From Ruditapes philippinarum (Eukaryota), in the NCBI RefSeq assembly GCF_026571515.1, contig NW_026863645.1:248001-312000 (forward strand): DNA of 64,000 bases, written 5' to 3'. Below the pieces are notes generated by a model. The model was not told the origin of the DNA. It saw only the letters and a list, made by a program, of their open reading frames with translations, and ran no database searches. Positions 26,701 to 38,407 of this stretch are shown here, piece by piece; position 1 is the first letter of the stretch, and the number at the start of each line of letters is the position of its first letter. A program made the translations under genes and the position numbers.

Positions 26701-27187
26701 AAGTATGGGGCAACTTTACGGCTGCAACATGGCACTTGCTGCTGTATAAGTATCTAGAAAAATGTGATCAGCAACTAGTCAAATTAATGACTGCAGATCA
26801 TTAACATTCTAGAAGAGACATGTCTGAATATATTGCAGCCGATGTTTCCATTGGTGCTTGGTAAGAGGTGAATGGAAAAGGTGTGGCTAAATGTTATGTT
26901 ATGAAAAACCAGAAAGGTCCATTGAAGATTCCTCCAAACAGTCAAGCCCTTAATCTTTAGGATTGTATTCCTCTTGTAAATATTGTGAAACATTTGAGCT
27001 TTTGGAGGATAGAAAAAAAGTAGACCTATTTTTGTATGCAAGACAAACCCTTGAAGGGTTTTGAAACAGATGTTATTGGCCATTTCATGGCTAATCAGGG
27101 TTAACATAATATAACCATCAACATCTTTTAACAGTTACCTGCAGCCTGGTTGGAATATTAAGATTGAACTGTATGAATAATTTGAAG

Positions 27188-29402
27188 AAGAGCCATGTCA
27201 ACATGGCCATCCCCCGCCGAATGTGTTTGCTCATTTAAAGAATTTATATGTATAAAGCAGAATAATTCCATTTTAAGAGGTCTTTTGGTAATGAAAACTG
27301 ATGGCTGAAGTGATTACAGATTTGAAAACAATGTGAATACTGATGGCTGAAAATAACAAAGGGCAATAACTGAAAAATAATGCAGGGTAGGTAATCATTC
27401 CTGTGTGCTGCACCCCTCCTCAGTAAAATCTATCCACCTATGAAGTTTCAAGTTGATACCTCAAATAATTTTTGAGATAAGCTCCGGGAAAAAAACAAAG
27501 GGCAATAACTCAAAAATAATATAGAAAAGAGTTATCATTCTTGTGCACAGCATTCCTCCTGAATAAGATCTATCCATCTATGACATTTCGCATCTCAAAC
27601 ACTTTTGAGTTATGCTCCAATCGGGTGAAAAATTAAGTATGAAAAATAACAAAGGGCAATAACTCAAAAATTATGCAGGTCAGTTATCATTCTTGTGCAT
27701 TGCACTCCTCCTCAATGAGATCCATCCAGTTATAAAGTTTCAAGTTGATACCTCAAATACTTTTTGAGATAAGCTCCAGACAAAATAGTATGAAAAAGAA
27801 AAAAGGGCAATAACTCAAAAATTGTAAAGGGAAGAGTTATCATTCTTGCGCACAGTATTCCTCCTCAATTAGATCTATCCACATTTGACATTTCATGTTG
27901 ATATCTCAAACACTTTTTAGCTCGACTATTCGATAAGAATAAGTAGAGCTATTGCAGTCACCCGAGCGTCGGCGTCGGCGTAATCACTTATGTTAAAGTT
28001 TTTGTAATAGTTCAAATATTTTCAAAGTCCATAGACATATGGCTTTGAAACTTTGCACACTTGTTCACCATCATGACCCCAACCTGTAGACAGGAGGAGG
28101 TAACTCTATCAAGCATTTTGACAGAATTATGCCCCTTTTTCGACTTAGAATTTACGTTAAAGTTTTTGTAATAGTTCAAATATTTTCAAAGTCCATTGAC
28201 ATATGGCTTTGAAACTTTGCACACTTGTTCACCATCATGACCCCAACCTGTAGACAAGAGGAGGTAACTCTATCAAGCATTTTGACAGAATTATGCCCCT
28301 TTTTCGACTTAGAATTTACGTTAAAGTTTTTGTAATAGTTCAATTATTTTCAAAGTCCATTGACATATGGCTTTGAAACTTTGCACACTTGTTCACCATC
28401 ATGACCCCAACCTGTAGACAAGAGGAGGTAACTCTATCAAGCATTTTGACAGAATTATGCCCCTTTTTCGACTTAGAATTTACGTTAAAGTTTTTGTAAT
28501 AGTTCAAATATTTTCAAAGTCCATTGACATATGGCTTTGAAACTTTGCACACTTGTTTAACATCATGACCCCAACTTGTAGACAAGAGGAGGTAACTCTA
28601 TCAAGCATTTTGACAGAATTATGCCCCTTTTTCGACTTAGAATTTACGTTAAAGTTTTTGTAATAGTTCAAATATTTTCAAAGTCCATTGACATATGGCT
28701 TTGCAACTTGGCACACTTGTTCAACATCATGACCCCAACCTGTAAACAGGAGGAGGTAACTCTATCAAGCATTTTGACAGAATTATGCCCCTTTTTCGAC
28801 TTAGAATTTACGTTAAAGTTTTTGTAATAGTTCAAATATTTTCAAAGTCCATTGACATATGGCTTTGAAACTTTGCACACTTGTTCACCATCATGACCCC
28901 AACCTGTAAACAGGAGGAGGTAACTGTATCAAGCATTTTTTTTACTATCAAGCACTAAGAATAGTCGAGCGTTGCTGTCCTACCGACAGCTCTTGTTGAG
29001 TTATGCTCCACTCAGGTGAAAAATTAAGTATGAAAAATAACAAAGGGCAATAACTCAAAAATTATGAAAGGTAGAGTTATCATTCTTCTGCACTGCACAC
29101 CTCTTTGAGTGAGATCTATGCACCTATGAAGTTTCATGTTGATATCTCAAAGGCTTTGTGAGTTATGCTCTGGACAAAAATTAATTTTGAAAAATAACAA
29201 AGGGCAATAACTCAAAAACTATGCAGAATAGTTATCATTCTTGTGCACTGCACTTCTCCTCAATGCGGTCTATCCACCTATGAAGTTTCAAGTTGATACC
29301 TCAAATACTTTTTGAGATATGCTCCGGACAAAAATGTCGGACAGACGGAAGGACGGACGGAGACTATTTCTATATCCCCCGCCGTCTTTTCGGCGGGATA
29401 AT
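27188..29402 (-). mobile_element. HINE-like element, family B (153-161 bp monomers), interrupted by a nested family C element
   Basis: Left end AAGAGCCATGTCAACATGGC hairpin plus ATCCCCCGCCGAA. Repeated AAAGGGCAATAACTC monomers. Right end has a GGAC microsatellite and an ATCCCCCGCCG..CGGCGGGAT hairpin. Closely similar to 38408-40048. Confidence 0.8.
27916..28997 (+). mobile_element. HINE-like element, family C, with six highly homogeneous 164-bp repeats, nested in family B
   Basis: 5' TTAGCTCGACTATT and CGTCGG microsatellite. GTTAAAGTTTTTGTAATAG recurs every 164 bp from 27992 to 28812. 3' end is AATAGTCGAGC plus a GCTGTC..GACAGC hairpin and TCTTGTT. It splits the host sequence CACTTTTTGAGTTATG inside the T run. 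Confidence 0.85.
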
Positions 29403-30545
29403 AACTTGAAACAAGTGCAAGAGCTAGCAATGATCATGTCTCGCCTGATGATAGCCAGTTAAGCAGTTGTATTTAGGGGTGATTGACCATTTTGTTCTCT
29501 CTATCTTGTGTACTTTGAAGCATGTAGACAAATTTTTTGGGGGAGCATAATAAAAGAGAGTTGCTCAGGCTTTATAAGTTTTTATTTCCATGAATGATAA
29601 AATGGTATATATACAAATAATGTGGGACCTGTGTATTACAAATGAAAACATAAAAGTATAATTAAAAGCACAAACATGGCAATGTTATACAACATGGAAA
29701 TTTCATTCATTCATTTTAGTCAGTAAATTAAAATATCAAGAATAAGTCAAATATTGTCACTAGACTACTATTAAACTTGTTAAGATAAACAAGAAGTTCA
29801 TGAGATACTGAAAAGATTACACATGTATATACCTTTGATTGGCAAATTGGTTCAACATGATAAATTTGCAGTTCTAAATTGATTCTACAAAACAAAATAG
29901 AAGTAAATCTGACAAGTAATTTGAGGGATATGGGATAATTTTTTATGTTATCTGGAACACCACAGCATCTAGCCAATAATAGTTTGTAAACAACTGATTA
30001 GCCAACATAAATGGTCTGCAAAATGACTAGCCTTCCTCCCCCACCTTAATTAAAAAGAATATTGCTCAATGATTACTTCATATAACATGGTTTCACAATG
30101 ACTATAAATAATACAAGACGGTATTTAATAGACAAAATGTCTAAAATTCATTGGTAAATAAATACTCGATATGTATTCCAATACATTCAAAATAATTTGG
30201 AATTTTGACAATGATATTTTGATAAAACTGCGTAATAACTCACAAACGTGTATATACAAATGTAGTATATCATTTATATAGTAAAGTAGTACTAGTACTT
30301 TACTTAGTTATTAATAAATTAACATAAATATTACCAAAATCATGATTTAAAGTGCAATACCAGATCAATCTCGGATATTTAAATCTTAACAGGGATTACG
30401 AAAATTTAGAATATGAACTTTATTATATCGTTCAAAATATTCAAAATACTTTTTTTTGGGTTTTAATGAAACAATATTAACAGTTAAGAACCATATTTTA
30501 GAACAAAAAAAAAATATATTTGTAATGCAGAACAATTTAGAAATA

Positions 30546-31364
30546 AACTAGAAATGTGTCCATAGGACACCGATGCCCCCACACGCCACTGTTCTGTCAA
30601 TCTTATGACTCTAGGTCAAATATTTTTTGAACTACATGCCACAAGTTGAAAACTAAAAATCAACAAAGGGCCATAATTCTGTTAAATTTGGTCGCAGCAA
30701 AAATTCCTTCCTTTCCTACCATCTACACCTTAAGGTTATTCATCCCTGTAAGTTTAAGCAAAATCTGCCATCCGGTTTAAGAGGAGTTGCATTCACAACA
30801 TTTCTACATAGTATATAGTGAAAAAATCAACAAAGGCCATAATTCTGTTAAATCTGGTCGCAGCAAAAATTCCTTCCTTTACTACCATCTACACCTTAAG
30901 GTTGTTCATCCCTGTAAGTTAAAGCAAAATCTGCCATCCGGTTTAAGAGGAGTTGCGTTCACAAAATTTCTACATAGTATATAGTGAAAAAATCAACAAA
31001 GGGCCATAATTCTGTTAAATTTGGTTGCAGCAAAAATTCCTTCCTTTACTACCATCTACACATTAAGGTTGTTCATCCCTGTAAGTTTAAGCAAAATCTG
31101 CCATCCGGTTTAAGAGGAGTTGCGTTCACAAAATTTCTACATAGTATCTAGTGAAAAAATCAACAAAGGGCCATAACTCTGTTAAATTTGGTCGCAGCGA
31201 AAATTCCTTCCTTTACTACCATCTACACATTAAGGTTGTTCATCCCTGTAAGTTTAAGCAAAATCTGCCATTCGGTTTAAGAGGAGTTGCGTTCACAAGA
31301 TTTCGGGACGTACGGACGGACGGACAAGTGCAACGCTATATGCACCCACATTGTGGGGGCATAA
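30546..31364 (-). mobile_element. HINE-like element, family D, with four 166-167 bp repeats
   Basis: Left end AACTAGAAATGTGTCCATAGGACAC hairpin plus ATGCCCCCAC. Right end has a GGAC microsatellite and ATGCACCCACATTGTGGGGGCAT. Confidence 0.8.
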
Positions 31365-32054
31365 ACATTTGAAGTTATTATAGAAAACTCCACTAGCTGC
31401 CTGTTAATTTCCAATAAATATACAATGAACACATACTGACAGTCCCAAGTTTACACCATTCTGAATAGATTATATTCAGCAAAAAAAATATTGCATTTGT
31501 ATAATGGCATTTATTTGTGTACATCTTAGAGCTATCTTTGATAGAAACAATATTCATGTATTATTGATATTTTTCAGTTGATCAATAATACATTCACACT
31601 AGAAAAAATCAAAATAATTTTGACTAATTATTAAATTGTCTAGGAATTATGAAAATGCATCTAAACATATTTCATAAAGAAGCAGGTGTCCAGTCCAAAA
31701 AGTACATGTCTAAAACTATGCTGCCAATATGTAATGGACATTTTATTTTATAGCAGTGATGACAAAAAAAATGGTCAGAAAAGAATATGTAGAGGATATA
31801 TACATGTAATGCCCATGTTAGCCAGGGAATATAAAGCGTATTAACAAATTCTGTGCACTACACTGAATTGGATTATCCCCCTCTATAAAATGACACATCC
31901 CACGTAAAATGATTTAAAATCTTTCAGTTGTGATTAAAACTAGGAGCATGCCCTCATAACCAGTGAATGCCATTTCATTCTTGTGATGAAAAGAATGTAG
32001 TTAGTCTTCTCTTAGTAGAAGTTCATATCAAACATTTCATTTTCCGTCACATGT

Positions 32055-32077
32055 TTATAATAAACTTGAATCCAGAT
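32055..32077 (-). CDS. BAP18: BAP18/C17orf49 exon 6 (last coding exon; DLDSSLL*)
   Basis: Acceptor TTTTGTATTTCAG; phase 1 matches exon 5; stop TAA. The exon is short, so this call is less certain. Confidence 0.7.
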
Positions 32078-32272
32078 CTGAAATACAAAACACCTTATAG
32101 TTTCTCTGTGTGTAATTAATTCATTCAGCATATCATACTTTAAACAAAAGAACAACAGATTTACATGTATGTAAATATGAACAAATAAGTTTTCATAATA
32201 ATTGTTAGAATCTTTTGACATAAAAAGAAACTTGTACAGGATGTTCAGAAAAGTATTGTGATAAGGGTATTT

Positions 32273-33461
32273 AACAAGAGCTGTCACAGGAGACAGCGAA
32301 GCTCGACTAATAAAATACTGGACGCAGTAAGGAGGACAAAACTATGAAAGAAAAATCAATTATGTATAATTATGTATTAAGTTATAGTAAAAAAATAACA
32401 TTTGTTAACATAAATTCCAAGATCAAGGGGAATAATTCTAGAAATAGTCATGCTAGAGTTATGGACCTTGCCACACAACATTTGTGTAATGATAAGAAAT
32501 ATATATTTGAAGTTTGAAGTAGATAGATTAAAAAATAAAGAAGTTATTATATTTCTTGAAGAAAATCCCAAGTTCAAAGAGAGATAAATCTGTAAATATT
32601 GCTTCAAGAGTTATGAAAATTGTCACATAAAATGTAATTGATGATAAGGAATAAGTATTTGAAGTTTGAGGTAGATACCTTTAAAAATAAAAAAGTTAAA
32701 ATAAAAATTAACATTTTTCTAGTAAATAAATCTAAGTTTATGGGGAGATAATTCTTGCAATATTGGTGCTAGAGTTATGAACCTTGTCACATAAGATGTG
32801 GATGATGATAACGTAAATATATTTGAAGTATGAAGTTGATCCCTTTAGAAATAAATAAGTTATAGTAAAAAATAATATTTTGTATGGAAAATTCTAAGTT
32901 CAAAGGGAGATAAATCTGAAAATATTGGTGCTAGAGTTATGAACCTTGTCACATTAGATGGGGATGATGATAACGTAAATATATTTGAAGTATGAGGTTG
33001 ATCCCTTAAGAAATAAAGAAGAAACAGTAAGAAATCGTATTTTTTGAGGAAAATTCTAAGTTCAAGGGGAGATAAATCTGAAAATATTGGTGCTAGAGTT
33101 ATGAACCTTGTCACATAAGATGGGGATGATGATAAGGTACATATATTTGAAGTATGAGGTTGATCCCTTAAGAAGTAAAGAAGTTACAGTAAAAAAATAG
33201 TATTTTTTAAGGAAAATTCTAAGTTCAAGGGGAGATAAATTTGAAAATATTGGTGCTAGAGTTATGAACCTTGTCACATAAGATGTGGTTGATGATAAGG
33301 AATATATATTTGAAGTTTGAAGTTGATACCTTAAGAAATGACAAAGTTATAGTGAAAAATATTTTACTGCACCAAAACTTTAATCTGAAATCTGGATGCG
33401 GACGCCGACGTCGGGGCGAGTAGGACAGCTCTCCATATACTTCGTATAGTCGAGCTAAAAA
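32273..33461 (-). mobile_element. HINE-like element with family-C-type termini but a different ~163-bp array (BAP18 intron 5)
   Basis: Left end AACAAGAGCTGTC..GACAGC..GCTCGACTA. Repeated GGGAGATAAATCTG..TAGAGTTATGAACCTTGTCAC. Right end ACGCCGACG..TAGTCGAGCTAAAAA. Confidence 0.8.
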
Positions 33462-33756
33462 TAGCACATCAAAATAAAGAAATAAGCCATTTACCATGTT
33501 AAATATCTTAAAGGCACATTATGTGTCAGAAATAAATAAATATTTCCTTCAAACGTGAGTTTTATATTTAAATGGTTTAGAGACTGTTTCTTACATAACC
33601 TTTATTTATTTTTACTTTTTCTAAACATGTGCCAACTGAACAGTGCAGTACCTTATTTTTCCACTCAAAGAAATTCCAATAGAGCATATGTGGTCCAATT
33701 CCCTATTATAAAGGGTGAAAAGAAAAATATAACTGATTCCTTTACAAAATAAATAC

Positions 33757-33852
33757 CTGAATCAAAATCTAATTTCTTCGAACCGCCAGCTTCTCCTAGA
33801 CCTTCAATATCAACGTCACTTTCAGGTGCATTTAAAGCACTCAATGTCACTT
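33757..33852 (-). CDS. BAP18: BAP18/C17orf49 exon 5 (EVTLSALNAPESDVDIEGLGEAGGSKKLDFDS)
   Basis: Matches the human BAP18 C-terminal motif DVTLSALN...VDIEGLGE...KKLNFD. AG/GT boundaries, phase 1-1. Confidence 0.92.
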
Positions 33853-34560
33853 CTGAAAATATACAACAAAGACAATGTTAAAGTTTTTTTTGGGGCAAAT
33901 GACAGACACAGGAAATTTGATTGGAAGAAGTGCTAAGCTTAGATAAATATATTGTTTTCAACCTCATTTGTGAAATAAGTTTTTAAACTTGAATAGATCA
34001 CTTTTTTTGTATATATGAATTAACCAGTATTGGTGTTGTATAAGAAAATAGTTGTGAACTTTGTAGGACTTGGACATACTCAGACACTTCTTATATAAAG
34101 TGCCGATATGGAAGAAATGTGTTTGTACCAGTCCTGAAGAGTGATTGGTGCATGTATAAAATTATTACTGAACAGAAAAGCATTACATAAAGGAGAGGAC
34201 TACCATGAGCTATTGTAGCTCTCGGTCCAATTCCTTTCTGCTTAAATTGTAAATTAATAACATGTATATATTATCTGAATAAAAATATGTTTAAACCAAA
34301 AGCATTACTTGTACTTTAAACAGCAGCATAATATACTATTCCAGAAGATTTTATTCTGTTTAAGTACAATATTCATATGTGTTAAGCAACTGAGACATTC
34401 TATGCTGCAACTCTATGTTTCCAGCAAATTAATGTAAGATTATGTAATACCATAATTTCACCATTTGTAAATTAAATAAAATACCCTTTAAATAAAGACA
34501 AGACATTCTGCTCTTTTATATGAAAATCATCATGAACATCTCATTTCATGACAAGGATAT

Positions 34561-35815
34561 AAATGAGCCGCTCCATGACAAAACCAACAGTGCGTTTGCG
34601 ACCAGCATGGATCCAGACCAGCCTGTGCATCCACGCAGCTTGATCAGGATCCATGCTGTTCACTTACCATATTACAATTACAGAAACTGATAGCAAACAG
34701 CATGGATCCTGATCAGACTGCGTGGATGCGCACGCTGGTCTGGATCCATGCTGGTTGCAGGGTGATCCAAAATATCTGATTCTGTTTTGAAGTTGAATAA
34801 ATAAGTCATTCCTGGTGCAATAATTAAGTTCTATATACCATTTTAAAGATTATTGTCATAAGTTTCTCTCATGAGGAATTTATGGCAAAACGTTGACGTC
34901 ACGATGTCATAGATGACGTAATCAAATAATAGTTGTTTTTCAATTTGGCGACGTCAAAACAGAAGGCTGCAAAAGTAGTTAAACTTAATTTTGAGACTAA
35001 GTCTCCAGTTACTGTTATACGCATGATGCAGAAAAAATATCCTGACGATGACAGACTACGAGGGTTCAAGTGCATCAGCTGGTAAATAGCTTTCAACAGA
35101 CTGGGTCAGTTGAGGATAGCTGACACAACAACAGTGAACCACCAAGATCAAGCCACAGCCATTCTTTTTTAATCGAAAGGTGAAACCAAAACAATAAATA
35201 GTGAGAGATATTTTTCTCTCTTGAAGACAAAATTTCTTTTAGCCTTACGAAGAAAAGGTGTTAAAATTAATACAATATGGTTTCAGCAAGATGGAGCGGC
35301 ACCGCACATTGTGGGGCACGTGTTTGAATGGTTAAAAGAAACATTTGGCAAAATATTATCTCATTTAAATCAGACAAAGTCTGGCCTCCACACTCACCTG
35401 ATCTAAATCCATTAGATTTCTTTCTATGGGGACACTTAAAAGATAATGTTTATAATCCAAAGCCAGACACCTTTGAGCAGCTAAAGTCAGCCATTCGTAG
35501 AAAAATAAGAAAAAATAGACCTGCAATGTGTGTTAACGCTATTGAAAATTTTAAGAGGAGGCTTGACGTCGTAGTAGCACAAAATGAACGTCACATTGAA
35601 CATTTGTTGTAAATTTTGTTCGGTCTAATTCATTTTTATTTTTTTTATCAAACAGAATGACTTTAATGTTAAATAAAACTTTAAAATCTCTAGTTTAAAT
35701 ATGTGTGTTGATATTTAAAATCGTGCGATGTATGTAAAACATACAAGACACTGAAATGGTATCAGATATTTTGGATCACCCTGCTATGTTGGTTTTGTCG
35801 TGACACGGCTCAAAT
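34561..35815. mobile_element. Palindromic GGATCC-core MITE split by a mariner insertion
   Basis: Left arm AAATGAGCCGCTCCATGACAAAACCAACA. The right arm resumes after 35783 as CTATGTTGGTTTTGTCGTGACACGGCTCAAAT. Confidence 0.8.
34758..35783 (+). mobile_element. Internally deleted Tc1/mariner DNA transposon, DD41D (rosa/Visitor-like), with pseudogenised transposase
   Basis: Perfect 23-bp TIRs CAGGGTGATCCAAAATATCTGAT. Catalytic motifs WFQQDGAAPH and WPPHSPDLNPLDFFLWGHLK, with 41 residues between the second and third Asp after correcting one frameshift. The N-terminal remnant starts near 34945; the first-Asp region is missing. Confidence 0.88.
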
Positions 35816-35832
35816 TGTTGGGAGATTCAAAC

Positions 35833-35981
35833 CTCTTCTCTCTTGTTTTTTCGCTGATTGTTGTTCTACAACCTGTTGTTGTTGTTTCTGTGTACTTTGT
35901 TTCTTAGGGGAGGGTTCAGATGGAGGTGGAAGTCCAGCATCTTCATAGGCTTTCCGCTTCAACTGTGTACGAATCTGTGTA
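35833..35981 (-). CDS. BAP18: BAP18/C17orf49 exon 4 (TQIRTQLKRKAYEDAGLPPPSEPSPKK...AKKQERR)
   Basis: Matches human QIKATVKRKVYEDSGIP..SPKK. Acceptor TTGCAG, donor GTTTGA, phase 2-1. Confidence 0.92.
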
Positions 35982-36057
35982 CTGCAAGAAGTATTTATAA
36001 ATTTCAAAATAATTGGCAAATTAGGATGTTTATGGTCAATTCATCATAAACATTAGC

Positions 36058-36211
36058 CAGGGCCGGCAAAATCAGATTTTGACTTACTTGTCTGTTTTTT
36101 ATATGAAGCATTTTTTAATTTGTCCGTATGATATTTACATAGTTAATTCTTGAAAATTTTCACTTGTCCAGACAAGCTGGGCAATACAGACAATTGATTT
36201 TGCTGACCCTG
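36058..36211. mobile_element. 154-bp MITE with CAGGG termini and a 7-bp target-site duplication
   Basis: CAGGGCCGGCAAAATC ... GATTTTGCTGACCCTG, with CATTAGC on both flanks. Confidence 0.75.
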
Positions 36212-36740
36212 CATTAGCATTTGAAACATTTGTTCCTTTAAAGTGCTAACTTATAACACTCTTTCAGTATTCCCTCAGCAATTACATACTTTCAAATAAA
36301 GTCAACATATAGAAACAGTTCATAGTACTGTAGCATTATCATCCACAGATTCTACTAACAAGGAAATTGTCACGAAAAAAGCTGGCCCTGATACATTTCA
36401 ATGTTAAAAGGCTTTAAAAGTCCTTGTAAATTTAATGGTAGGAATTTTGTCTTACTACAAAATTTTTGCCTAAAATTTGGAAGGAGACCTTTTTGTGCCT
36501 TTTGTGTGGTTTTGGCACTTTAACAATTTATTAAATTCTTAAAATGCAGCACAACTGTTCCCAGTTTAAGCCACGGGGCTTTTCTAAAAACAGCTGTAAT
36601 AGACACTGATTTTGATTTGGCATATCAGCCAAACAAGTACTAGCTTAAGTAAGCTATAAACAGCTGTAACAGAACAGATAATCTATGTATGTAACCTAGT
36701 GAAATATGAAAAAAACAAAGAAATTTTCCTCTAAACTTTT

Positions 36741-37003
36741 TCTGCACCTCATGAGCATTAGCTTATATTCATGATTGTTCTATTTTTAATTACATTTTCC
36801 ACTCATGAACATCAGCTTATATTCATGATTGTTCTATTTTTAATTACATTTTCCACTCATGAACATTAGCTTATATTCATAATTGTTCTATTTTTAATTA
36901 CATTTTCCACTCATGAACATTAGCTTATATTCATAATTGTTCTATTTTTAATTACATCTGCACCTCATGAACATTAACTTACGTTGTTCTATTTTTAATA
37001 ACA
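36741..37003. repeat. 54-bp tandem array whose last unit overlaps the BAP18 exon 3 donor
   Basis: CTCATGA recurs at 36748, 36802, 36856, 36910 and 36964. Confidence 0.88.
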
Positions 37004-37084
37004 TCACTTATTTTATTGAGATCTTCACCAAACCTTCTTACAGATGCTCTTAAGGCCTCTACTTCCTGGTCTGTCCATTTTCCA
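36983..37084 (-). CDS. BAP18: BAP18/C17orf49 exon 3, SANT domain core (SGKWTDQEVEALRASVRRFGEDLNKISDVIKNRT)
   Basis: Matches human AKWTETEIEMLRAAVKRFGDDLNHISCVIKERT. Acceptor TTTTAG, donor GTAAGT, 102 nt, phase 2-2. Confidence 0.95.
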
Positions 37085-37191
37085 CTAAAACAAAAATATT
37101 CAACTTATTCATAATTGATCAAAAATAATAACTTCAATTCATTAAATTTTGAATAAACATAATAACCTTTTAACTATTAACAAATCCACTG

Positions 37192-37368
37192 TTTACAACG
37201 TGTTGAAATTAAAAAGTGGGGAAAATGGACAGAGACTTTACAACGTGTTGAAATTAAAAAGTGGGAAAATGGACAGAGACTTTACAACGTGTTGAAATTA
37301 AAAAGTGGGAAAATGGACAGAGACTTTACAACGTGTTGAAATTAAAAAGTGGGAAAATGGACAGAGAC
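37192..37368. repeat. 44-bp tandem repeat, 4 copies
   Basis: TTTACAACGTGTTGAAATTAAAAAGTGGGAAAATGGACAGAGAC starts at 37192, 37237, 37281 and 37325. Confidence 0.92.
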
Positions 37369-37529
37369 ATACTAACAAAAGCTATCACATGACAACACAA
37401 CAGCCAACATATACAAAAACTACAAAATGGAAAAAGAAACAAAGATAAATCACCTAACACGGATTGAAGTTTCAGTGAGAATATTCTAAATAAACAATTC
37501 ATGTAATCATTCATCACTTTTGTGGTGAT

Positions 37530-37830
37530 GTTGTTGGGGATTTACCCTCCGGATCATGGCTGTAAGCCACTCTGAATTCACCGAGCACAGATCATCCACC
37601 CAATGTTCTTTGGCATGCTCTCAAGCACTGTACCAGCACTAGTACCTTCACTTTTGCAAAGATTAGAACCGTCATAATTTCTGTATATGCCAGAGCAGAG
37701 GTACAATGCAAATGTCTATTGAAAGAATATCATGATCAAACACACTGAAAGTGACCTGCACTATCCAAGAATAGAACCCAGGTTGCCAGATTCACAGTCT
37801 AGCATTCTACCTACTGAGCAAACCAGACGG
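37530..37830 (-). mobile_element. Diverged tRNA-derived SINE
   Basis: The minus-strand head reads CCGTCTGGTTTGCTCAGTAGGTAGAATGCTAGACTGTGAATC...GGGTTCTATTC, with A and B boxes. Confidence 0.55.
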
Positions 37831-38066
37831 TTTAGTTTAATTCATCATGTTTGTATGTTAATAATAATGACATTATATTCCTAGGCATATCCTTAACATT
37901 TGAATTTTGTAATGGATTAAAGTGATTTAAAATCTTAAACTTTTCTATATAAAACTACAAAAACTGAACCATACAGCCTGTCAATACTACACAGACATGC
38001 AGGCTTGCCTGGCTCAAGACTTATCAAATTCAATATCAACAGGTGAAGGGGCAATAGTATGTATAC

Positions 38067-38161
38067 CTTGCAGGACTTTGTTCAGCAGATGGATGAAGCT
38101 GCATTGTTAGTTCCCCAAGCTTACTGAAAGCTGCACCAGCTGCCGTAAATATCTCGCCGAC
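38067..38161 (-). CDS. BAP18: BAP18/C17orf49 exon 2 (VGEIFTAAGAAFSKLGELTMQLHPSAEQSPA)
   Basis: Near-identical to human VGEIFSAAGAAFTKLGELTMQLHP. AG/GT boundaries, phase 0-2. Confidence 0.95.
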
Positions 38162-38407
38162 CTGTCATAAAAACACATCAATCAATGTATAAAGTCAATC
38201 TTTAAAGGCAGGATCATTAATGGTCAAAATTGTAATTCATTAGCAAAATTCATCTAGTGTCTATTTTGGATTCAATTGTTATTTATGAGGTTCCTTTGCT
38301 GTTCCCCATCATTTAAAAATGGAATAATTTCTTAAAATAGAGTACCCTGAAACACTTTATTCATCCAAATTACAAATTTCGCACTCACAGGTTAAGATAT
38401 AATGAGT

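Noticed and set aside
26799-26824. Alternative BAP18 last exon (DMSLLEC*)
   Set aside because: Weak pyrimidine tract. The closer 32077 exon has a better acceptor and a more plausible tail.
28621-33497. Short ORFs at 28621, 30787, 31151, 32377, 32860, 33062 and 33225
   Set aside because: All lie inside HINE-like tandem arrays and have no recognisable domains.
35221-35612. Functional transposase gene
   Set aside because: It has a frameshift, an upstream stop and an internal deletion removing the first catalytic Asp.
37765-37830. tRNA gene
   Set aside because: The cloverleaf is degenerate and attached to a SINE body. The same applies to the B box near 13786.
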